This document shows, in pieces, positions 53,936 through 64,000 of a DNA stretch of 64,000 nt (positions within the stretch are counted from its first letter, which is position 1; each line of letters begins with the position of its first letter). Source of the DNA: Phoronis australis (lineage: Eukaryota; Animalia; Phoronida); contig NMRA01000022.1 in NCBI GenBank assembly GCA_002633005.1, positions 679,715 through 743,714 on the forward strand. The letters are read 5' to 3'. A model generated the notes under the pieces. It saw only the letters and a list, made by a program, of their open reading frames with translations. It had not been told where the DNA came from and made no database searches. A program made the position numbers and the translations under genes.

Positions 53936-54013
53936 ATTTCGAAAGTTCGTATTGGAGAAGAGACGCAGCGAACAGGCAGAGCGACCGGAAGGATTGAACG
54001 AAGTGAACGAACT
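53936..54013 (-). other. Candidate non-coding first exon of MRLC (distal promoter)
   Basis: Inr-like TCAGTT at 54015-54010, a pyrimidine-rich leader, a perfect GTAAGT donor at 53935 and a CArG box at 54031-54040 just upstream. Confidence 0.5.
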
Positions 54014-54030
54014 GACGGAGGTAGCCCGTG

Positions 54031-54040
54031 CCAAATAAGG
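54031..54040. promoter_or_regulatory. CArG box at MRLC distal promoter
   Basis: CCAAATAAGG, about 20-27 nt upstream of the candidate Inr. Confidence 0.45.
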
Positions 54041-55440
54041 CAAGCCAAGGCTAATAGGATAAGCCGGCGGTAATAGATCACAGGTAAACAAACAGTGTTA
54101 GGGGGCTAAGAATGATTGATGGATCCGTGAGTGCAAACGGAGACGAGTTACTAAGCTGGAACTGGGGAAGTAAATGTAATCTAAAAATCTGGTCGCTAAT
54201 AAATTAATGTCCAAGATCATTACATCGCATTCACTAAAGTGAATTAATACAAAACGTCACTCAAACGATGAACCTTGCGGTCATTGCTTGTCCAAAGGTA
54301 AGAAGAAGGGCAGACATAGGGGCACTTTATATCAAGGGGCCAGGAACCGGGACTCCTCTGAATCCGCACCTTGACCCGTATCTGTAGTTTAACAAAACGT
54401 GAAAAATTCATATTCCTTTTTGTTGTTGCCAACTTTCTACCTCTTAGCCTCAGACTCCGGAACAGTCAAAGGGTTTTAATGAAGGATACAGGGTGAATTC
54501 AGATCGAACCCAATCACCTCAAAACAAGACCTACGGGTATCAAATGGGGCTGCCGCACCAGAAAACGCGACCGACGCACCTAAAAATATGACCGCCACAC
54601 CACAAAACAGGATCTCCGGTGACTGAAAACTGATGACCACCGGGCAAAATCTTATCAATGCCTGTGTTTGATACTCATATATAAAGAACATAGAAACAAA
54701 AATCTAATTCAACATGGCGACGCACCGCTAAGTACGAAAAATCCCATATGAGTGGTACTAAAATACGAAAAGAAATGCAAATCACACGAACTGACAGGCT
54801 TTTCAGAGCAACATCGACGAGATTAGAGAACAGGTTGCAACATGATGTGCGGAAACGGAAAATCTCAAATCATTAATTGTAAATGTTAATCACAACGTCC
54901 AAAAGCCTCGTACCTGAGATTCTTCACATATGCCGGTAAGATCCCAAGAGGTGAACCAATTTTCAGCGTTGTAAGGCCTAATTCACTAAAGAGGGCACTG
55001 AAGTGGCCTTTAACAAGACAAATATTATTAAGCTCGTGAAGCGATAAAGTCCCTGTATAAATGGTTGTATTGTACTGGAGCCTTGATTACACTCATTTAG
55101 ATGACAATTTCCGCTGTTTATGGTCCAAGAATGTGAACTGTAAATTCCTGCCGTTAGATAACAGCGTACACACAATGTATTAACAAGTCGAAGACACTAT
55201 TCCAGTTTCTTGCATTCATATGATCATCCGGGAACTCCATGTCATAATTTTCTTACTTGATTTCATTCACCAATTTCGTTTTTATTTATCTTGAAGTTGT
55301 CACAAGCAAATTGTGACTCTATCATACGTAGTTTTGATAAAATGCATTCTCTAGGGGGTATTTTAGGTAAAATTTACTCGTTTACTTTTGCGAAGGACTT
55401 GCGTTTCTGCTTAATGGATGCATATAGTGACACAGAAGCA

Positions 55441-56150
55441 TACCTCGAATTTCCGAAAATAAGCTCACCCAAAAGTACGCCCATGGGCGTATTTTCGGAC
55501 ATTTCTCCAAAAGTACGCCCATGGGAGTATTTTCGGTAACTGTTTACATGTTTTGAAAAATCTGACAGATTATTCTAAAATACGTGTGCAATATGTTTTG
55601 GTGTAAACTTTGGTTTACTTCGGGCAGCCATTATATTTTGAAATAGCGATTTCAATTAAATGACAGTCATTTAACGAGATATTAGGCGAAAGATAGTTTG
55701 ACGCCGGCACTTTGTTTGCTGAATGCGAAATAAGTAGGCCTATGAACCAATTCGTACTCTGAGGTGAGATACATACATTAAAAAGGACGTGTTTAACTTC
55801 ACAACTAATGTTTGTTTAACAAAACGGCAGAAAAATATTCGTTGCATATGTTAATGAGTAATAAGCCTACTCTATCACTTTCATCAAACTATTGCCACCT
55901 CAGAGTCTTCAAATGCCTCCCCTTCGCTGGAGACTTCAGATAGATGCTGTACTTTGAAAACAGCATTGATTACATAATTAATGATAGCTATTTGATTTAA
56001 AGAGGATCATGGAATATTTGACACAGTTTCCGAAAATACGACCATCAATCCGAAAATTCGCCCAAGGGTATATTCGGTTTCATTTGACGTTTTTGAAAAT
56101 TCGTTTTCAAGAATATCAGCAAATGGGCCTATTTTCGTAAATTCCTAGTA
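55441..56150. mobile_element. TA-flanked Tc1/mariner-pogo-like non-autonomous element
   Basis: tacctcgaatttccgaaaataagc ... cctattttcgtaaattcctagta TIRs, with repeated subterminal cgcccatggg motifs. Confidence 0.55.
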
Positions 56151-56156
56151 CTAGTT

Positions 56157-56298
56157 CAGGGGCGGATCCAGAATTTTTATTTAGGGGGGGGGGTTCAGGC
56201 CAGAGTATTAGCCAGGATTTTGCCCGAACTGCCAAATGAAATCTGGGAGTTTGGGGGGGGGGCATGACCCCCTTGGCCCCCCTTTAAATCCGCCACTG
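56157..56298. mobile_element. MITE CAGGGGCGGATCCAG..TAAATCCGCCACTG
   Basis: TIRs with tagtt/aagtt flanks (possible 5-bp TSD). Confidence 0.65.
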
Positions 56299-56464
56299 AA
56301 GTTGACAATCATCAAGTCTGTGTAACCTTTTACCTGAACTACCGTAATGACACGAGTTTTTAGGTGTGTATTATTGCTTGTAGGTGGTATATTTAACGAA
56401 AATTAATTTATTTGAGTTAACTGTTTGCAGGACTACCAGCACTGATATAATATATTAAAAAAAT

Positions 56465-56690
56465 ATTTGCAGGCGGTCTGATACACGTTGTATCAGACGT
56501 GCGCAAGCCTCGCATGTGGGCCCATTGCACTGCTCACCTGGAAATATTTTTATGCTTTATTGATATATGGTTAAAACCGAGCTGAGGAGCTAGAAACCCG
56601 GCTCAAGGGTTTAGCAGTGTGACCTGGTGGGACTTGAACCCACAGTCTCGAGTAAAGAAAGCGGGCACTTGTCAACCAGGCCAAACTGCC
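56465..56690 (-). mobile_element. tRNA-derived SINE with conserved central domain (older copies about 10605-10795 and 28655-28790, + strand)
   Basis: A-box-like TGGCCTGGTTGA and B box GGTTCAAGTCC, followed by a body shared with two other copies (cataaaaat..ttccaggtga.cagtgc..ccacatg..cgtctg..caacgtg..agaccgcctgca). Confidence 0.7.
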
Positions 56691-59600
56691 TCCTACCAGC
56701 AAGCAGAAATACGTTGTGTATAACAAGACTGAGTGATAGGTTATCACAGAACCCTTTTTTGCAAAACGTAAAACGTACTTGTTCCAGTTTGTGACGTCAT
56801 ACAAACAGCAACGGCATTATACAGCATTGTGCGCAGCTTGAACACAAAGACTATTTTTTGAAATAAAATCTTTAAAATAAGCCATGTAGGAATTGATCTA
56901 ATAAAACAAAAGCAATTAATTATTATAAATGTCTACTTTATTAATTAGTTGTGCTATGTTGTCACAAGTTTTCACCAACTCATGGTCTGCCCACACGATT
57001 GAAAGAAATTCATTTTTTGCTATGGGTTTTTGAGAGCTTGAGATCTTTACACTCTTTCAGTACAATAACACTGAGAAAGAGAATTTGGGAACATTAGTTC
57101 ACGACCTAGTGCTTGTTACAACAACCGTAGCCATTTGACAGTTATTACCAATAGGCGGCGTGGCTGTTCATATATCTCAACACGAAACATCTGTTCAGTG
57201 CTTATTATGGCAATATATACTAGGGTTTCGAATTTCCGAACAATGCTGAGCATGTAGCAATGTGAATGTGCAAGATCTGGTGCAGATACCAAGCGTAATA
57301 TGTAACGAGAAATACAGTCATGTTACCATTGAAGAGCGCCCATTCGTAAACATTATTTCTGGTGATTGTTTTAATCAAGTCAGAATTCAGCATGTGACAG
57401 CGGGGGAAGAAAATTCCAATTTCCGTTAGACGTTTGCCCTAAGTCCGAATTTCAATTACCACTTAACCTCCTAATAGTCTTGGGTGGAACTCTATCACGG
57501 GGTTTATATCACTATTTGTTGCCAGGGAGTACAGCTGAGAAATTAGGATAGCCCTTGTTTAGAAAAAGCAACCACGTGGGGAGCCTCAGAGGAAAGACAC
57601 CCCTTAGTAAAGTATTGTTTCCGTGGTCACTTATTATTTCAATAAACGAAACCGTTACCTCAAACGTAAACTTTGTTTTATGGGAAATTCAGTCAGGAAA
57701 AATACATTAACTGATTCGCTTGAAAGTCATCGGAGGATCTAGGACATCGTGAGGGGGCTCACTGAGTCATGTTCAAACAGCAGGTGCTCGGATTCTGTGG
57801 GTACTTTTTGCAGTTTCAGGTGGGACTGATGTCCATTTCACCACCCAGCTCCTTCACCGCTTCAAAAAAACTTTCTCAGGTGTTCTCTACTTCATTATGA
57901 GTGTTACGGGTGCCGACGCACATTTAAAATCTAGACTAACGGAAAATCTACCAATGGAACCGGGCCTAATTTACCAAAGACAATAGCAGGTGATGACAAA
58001 GCCTACCCGAGACAATGCCACTCTCTCCCAAATCACTTCTTCCTTAGTTTACTCACCAGAGCCAATAACTGTAAAAACCAAACCACCCAAGTTGGAGGCA
58101 CGTCCCTACCAGCCCCTGTATAGAATGACCCCCGTTTTACAGTTGTGGGGAAATTCGATTCCTCCTATTTTAAAGACAGGGTACCACGTATTGAGTTCTG
58201 TTTTAAATTCATTATTCTCAATGCCTCCTAGTTCGATGCATTCCGAATCCGAAGATCATCGGAGAAATAAAATTCACTGTCCAGATAGCATAACGTCATA
58301 TCACTTCAGTTCTGGCCTGCAATACCAAATCTGGGCAGATTTCTCAGTCGCTCTTCGCACAGTTTACCACTCAGGCCAATGACTCGCCGTATTGGTCTGA
58401 GGTTGCAACAAGCGCCAGTGTTGGGTTTCACTACGTCAGTCCAGACAAAAACATATAACGTTTGCGGAATGTTTCAAGAGCTTTTCACCATCGTCTGAGG
58501 TCGATGATTCCATCGTCATGCTAAGAGAAACAATAACAAATGCCAACTGTTTCTTGACTAGCTTGTTATATTTATCATACGGCATATCTCTATGGTTACG
58601 AGGACCTAATCGACAAATTTGTACATTTAGCCAAATATCTACAAAACTTTATAAATAATTCAGCAAAAGTAGAACTTGCATTGAATTCGAGTTTTGACTA
58701 TACACCAATCTGCCACCAATGAGGTCACGTGATCTTGCTTCTTAGAAAAATTTAGCTAAAATAAAGGTGTAGTCATAGCAAAACAACAAAACGTGAACAC
58801 TTTTCCTATTATATCAATGTTTAGGATAAAATCTCACGAAACTGTTACAGTTTGATGAATTATTGTTTTATGCAACTTTAAAATCCATACAAATCATAAG
58901 TCCTCGTGAAAAAATGGAAATAATTTTAAAAACAATTCCCATCAGCGTTTCTGGAAACAGTGTATATAAAGCATATTATATGATCAGCCATCTCCAAATA
59001 TAGACAAACTGGATATTTTTCTTAAGTGACTTAAGTCCTACTGCTGTACACAACCTTAAGAAAAATTATAGTTTCATCGACTTAGCTATCAAAGTCAATT
59101 TAGAAAAATAACACTAATGAAATCATTTAGACTTATTTGCAATATTTGATGATTGGTATCCATCATGTTTCTTCCAACGAAAAATAAACACTTCGACTTG
59201 GGATCATTCATCGAGACACCAACATAAATTCAACTGAGATTCAGCAGAGAATGTATACCGAGGGTGGGGCGGTGAAGTTAGGAAAAAGCTGAACATCGTT
59301 CTGGAAACACACTCTCTGTTGCCTCGGAATTTTCGCTCCCTCGCCAATTGCCACTTATTTCCCGCATTCCACCCACTGCCCACGTACGACACTTGGAAAG
59401 GTTGTAATTATGAATTGGACCATTTCCAAGGCAGGGAAGGGCAATGTCGAACAACCCTTCTGATTTCACCTTTGTGGACTACGGAATAGGGAGGAAGCTG
59501 ACTTTCTGCACCACTAGACAATCAGCATCAAGAAGGGCAAATTGCCAGCCTGTATAGTGGTAACACAATGATGCAAAAGTTCTCCTATTTTTCCCACGAG

Positions 59601-62600
59601 AAAAGCTTGAAGAAGAAACAGATTGTGTGCGCAAACGACTGAAATGAATTGAGATTTAGCTGATCAAACTGCATAGCTGCGTAGAAATAAATTTGTTTTA
59701 CAGAATTGAGGTAATGAGCGAGCAGAAACATACGTAGAACACAATGGCTGGTTAACCCAATGGCCCAATAAACAAACATTCCTTCAAATCAACATTCTGA
59801 GATAGCGAGTAATTTCGCAAGAACTACATTAAATCGTACTTAATGGGAGTCAGTCACCAGAGATGTCTCGAGTAAACGTGGTGTTAATTGGATAAGAATA
59901 AGCTAAAACATCGTCTTCAAATAAACTATAATGAGCTGATAAAATGTTTCAAAAGTTGTGACCAAGGCCAGTTGTACTCACTTTTACGTTAGAATCAAGC
60001 GAGCGTCCAGGCGAAGCCTCCAGTCGATGTTACACACCAGCAAACAGTGAGAGACGAATACCTCTGCAAACCACGTAACCCTACACCTTGGTTCATGCTA
60101 AATGGGGAACAGCCGAGTAAGGCAAAAGGCCAAGCACATCGTTTAGTTTAACTGCCCTTCCTGTGAACTTGTAACCGTGGCAACGAGAGAAGGTATTTTT
60201 TGTGGACTGTATTTGTTCTTACAGGAGCGCTAAAACAAGTTGTTTCATGAAAGTTGTATTTGAGATCAGAAGATATATGCCAGGTTGAGACGTCTTCGTT
60301 GATATTGCAAACCCAGAGTCGAATCTATGAACTTAAACTCGACATCAAATTATTTTTGACATTCTACCATTGGCATTCAAGCAATATAAATACCTAAAAG
60401 ATTGTATGCTCAAATATTGAGGCCCTGTATTATGGTTTACCCCTAGAATGGATTAGCCACGAACTCGAAATCCAAATTCGAGGTTCCGATTCTTAACTTG
60501 CGAATCGAACTTACGACGTGATGCTTGGATTGTCCAATGCAAACTGTACCACACCAGACATACCTCTATGTCAACCGTATGCGGGCTCAATTACTAACAC
60601 AATCAGAAACACCGTCTTAAATTCGAAAGTAAAGGCAAGATGTAAAAAAGTTCGGAGATGAAATTCCGTCCCTATGTGTTGTTATATTAATATTTTCTAG
60701 CATAAGACGTACGAGTCGAGCAGTGGGCACTAGCCAGCGAGAGCGTGAAACGTACAAGCCTCTTTTAAAGGACCGATAAGGGTTTTACGGCCGTTGTCTG
60801 CCAAACATTTGCTGAAGCGAACACCGTTGATTTTACCATGCGCTTAAAATACTCCGAGGTGCCATTTATCGGCTGGGATATAGCTCCCCCAGCGACCGAG
60901 GGATACCAGGCTTGATTTCGCGCTGAGGCTGATCTCATAAAATTCCTCTTCTCGCCGATTATGTGCGTTTAAAGCTACAGTAACTATCTTGTTTTCATTA
61001 GTTCAGAACAAAGAATGGTGTCGGACAACCGAATGATAAGCGACTGCAACAGAGCCGACGCTGCATTTGTATAAAACTCGATTTCTTTTTATTTTCTAGG
61101 CTTATAAGAAGTGAATCATTGCAAACAAGTATGACGTCGAATTTGCTGGTGCAACACCAAAAGACTAAAAATGAAATTTAGCGATGTTTAAAGAGGCATT
61201 GAACGCGAAAGCTCTTCAAAAATATCATTTAAACAATTCCTGACGAAAGCACCATCACGCAAAGTCTAGTACGTAGTAATTCACTTTCCCCTGTGAGGAA
61301 ATTTCCAGGAAAAATCCCAAAATTTACAATTTTTGATATACGCACGAAGGAAAAACTCCGTGGTTACCACAGAGTTTCTAATCTCCCTCCCACTTATGAT
61401 AAATGCACGCATGCGCCCAGTCAGCCGCTTAAAGTCAACGATCACATTTTTCATATAACAAGAAAAGTGCTATGTTTTTGTCTTGCTATACCAAATAAGG
61501 AGACCTGCTTTGCTTTGAGGGAGAAAAATCGACAAAGTGGCGAGCAGTTGACCGATCGTTTTTTGAAATTTGAAACTAAAAGAAAAGGATTTGATATCAA
61601 CAGAAATTAAAAATCTTTACGAACAATCCCTAAAAATACCTGGTGAGCTGGTTGAATTCTATTTCAGTGGCAGAAAACAACTTTCATTATTGCAATTTAA
61701 TCTGTTTATCGCGTTCCAGGCCTCCTTCACTGTTACCTTGAGACACCCGTTTCCCGATTGTTTTAATTTAATTAGGAGTGTCAGAAAAATGGAGTTGAAT
61801 AAGGCAAGTTAACACTTTTTGTTTTCTAAGACTATACTCTTGTCGGGATGGAGCTCGTAGGTGTTATTTTGGATTAAAGAATCGAATTATTCTTTTCTTA
61901 TCTTAGTTTGAAAGTGGTCATTTTGTTCCTCTGATGTAGCACTCTAAATAATATGAAAATGAAATCTTTATGAGATTTTGTCTAAAAAGAAAAATGATGT
62001 TATGTTGAAAGGGAATTCAGTATTATATGTATTTAATTATTGTTTTATTGTATTATAATAACTGTTTTATAATTTGTTGTTGAGAGCCCCCTTGGAAAGC
62101 AGTTCTGACGTTGAAGAGGCCACCCCCATTTTAAATATTATAATAAATAAATAAATTAAGGGATTAGAGTTTGACTTAAGTGGCTCCACAGGCGAAGTCT
62201 TTAACTGGAATGAATAGCTGAACTGTGCCTGTTGGTCAATTGTAAATAATTTAGGGGTACACGAGCCATAAGATACCTTGCGTGTCTGCCATGCTCGAAC
62301 TGCTGGACAACATTTCCAGGTATTCAATAATAATGGGTCGAACGAGGTACGTTCAGGTACTAAGGTTCAGTACACATAATTAATAAATGGTATGTCATGA
62401 CTGGTCATGAACACGGGTTTCCTTCGCCCTAAAATCTGCAATTTTTAAGAAATAAAAACAAAACTGTTCATTTGCTAAGTATATCGTGATAAAATGTTGT
62501 GGCATCAAAAGAATTGCAAAGTATTCGTTCACCACGCTTACTGGCAAAGTTACGAATTTTACTATTAATGTGCAATAATTCAAACTCGTTCATGGATATG

Positions 62601-63026
62601 ACAGGTGGTTTTTGTTTCCGGTAAATGATAAACTTGGTAAACTTGGGTTGCATTTGCTGAAAAAACAAATGCCTCTGAATCATAACTACAGAATAAAGTA
62701 TGTGAACTTTTACCAAAATGGCAAAAAATCAACGAAAACTATACATAATTTTATTTTCTTGTGAAGTTGTCAATCAAAATATTGACATTTTAAGTGAAGA
62801 TCGACTTTACTACAAGTCTAAAATATGATACGCAGTTCGTTAAAGAAACCCGAATAAAAATTTCATAAAATTAAGACAATGACACACATATAAGCTAGTT
62901 TTAAAGTACAATATATATATCACCCTAGACGTCATATTAAATATAGGATCCAAAATGTTATTGTTGTCAGTTGAAGTTCAATTATCGTGGAATGATAACA
63001 ATGCAATGTTCTGCCGGTGTTGCTGA

Positions 63027-63769
63027 TTTATCCCAAATGAATCTGTCGAGTGGAATACGGCCATACAATAATGTTTTCCGTATTCACCTCCCGCCCTACT
63101 TCAACAGAGACCTCTGACATGGAAAGTTCAAAAGGTAGGTCAATGTTGACTCCACGTCGTTAGCCAGTTCGATCATCAAACTTTCCGAAAATAGTTTAAA
63201 GTAATACAATTGCAGCAGTGTAAATAACACTCAACATGCAACCGGGTCCCAATCGTAACATCTGGAACAGGACTGTTAATTATATGACAGTATTGTTTCA
63301 GTTTTCAATATCGTCTGCAACCCAGGCGACGATTCCTCGGTAACTACAATATTAAATATTGTTGTTATTTAACTATTTTCAGGAGATGTTACAAGTTCAA
63401 TGCACAGTTACCGTTGTTTTCATCTTTGTTATCTCTTTTTCAAGTAATAAATCGTTACATTTAAAACTGTTTCTTTTACTTGAGAAAACTTGCAACCTGA
63501 CGCGCAAGTACATCCATATAGGATGTGAACCGCCAAGTGAACAGTCTGAGTGAAGTATTTAAAATCTGCAGAAAAAAGAAAGAAACTTAGGAATTTCGAA
63601 GAGTATGGGATAAATACAAAACGTACCGAGAGTGGCGTAGATGAAGTAATATCCCGCTCTCGACATTATTCCGCGTAGTCGACGGAGACCGAAGGTCGAG
63701 GTCGATATGCGGAATAATGTCTCGTGGGATATTACTTCATCTACGCCACTCTCGGTACGTTTTGTGTAT
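63027..63769 (+). mobile_element. Hairpin-ended non-autonomous element, most complete copy
   Basis: Terminal palindrome of about 155 nt at 63614-63769; the body is homologous to 9805-10555. Confidence 0.75.
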
Positions 63770-64000
63770 GTATTGACAACCAGGTAAAAGTCAGTCTTCG
63801 TTTCTTGTCATGTTTTTTACGGTCATTGTCCTGCACCATAAGGACTTATTCATTTGTTATACTGTAAAACCTCATGAAGATCTGAAAAAGGTGAACCACT
63901 GACCTTTCGAGAACAACTATTCAATCATTTTGAGCCTAGGCAACATAAAAATCTCAAACAAAATGGCTAATACAGTCTAAATGTCTTGCAGCACTCACGA

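Noticed and set aside
56620-56690. tRNA gene
   Set aside because: It has A/B boxes but no convincing cloverleaf and runs into a body shared with other dispersed copies, so it is a SINE head.
58057-58068. Possible 12-nt microexon (ttttacag|TTATTGGCTCTG|gtgagt, minus strand)
   Set aside because: The splice signals are good, but there is no link to a known transcript and such matches occur by chance.
57990-58382. 130-aa ORF and other short ORFs at 52-62 kb
   Set aside because: No recognisable domains, splice-consistent partners or paralog conservation; likely chance ORFs.

Overview
AT-rich, intron-rich animal genomic DNA, probably a marine lophotrochozoan (inferred from the myosin light chain sequence). 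No prokaryotic features are present. All real genes are on the minus strand. (1) A tandem segmental duplication (925-16924 and 16925-36974) carries two intact 5-exon CYP2-clan cytochrome P450 genes. The junction can be read to the base, and it cuts through an exon of the neighbouring gene. (2) A myosin regulatory light chain (MRLC) gene spans about 35.2-54 kb with a strongly modular architecture that the ORF track mostly misses. It has 2 alternative starts, 3 alternative exon-2 variants, a single shared 76-nt EF-hand exon, 2 alternative exon-4 variants and 2 complete alternative three-exon C-terminal modules, giving up to 24 in-frame combinations. (3) An orphan copy of the MRLC 3' end lies between the two P450s. 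(4) There are many transposon relics: three THAP-bearing fragments (two with TTAA, Kolobok-like termini), a Helentron-like element carrying 8 co-oriented CTCF-like motifs, hairpin-ended (Crypton-like) elements, MITEs with empty sites in the paralog, a tRNA-derived SINE and LINE fragments. Exon boundaries were read by eye from GT/AG sites and reading-frame continuity. No transcript evidence was available.
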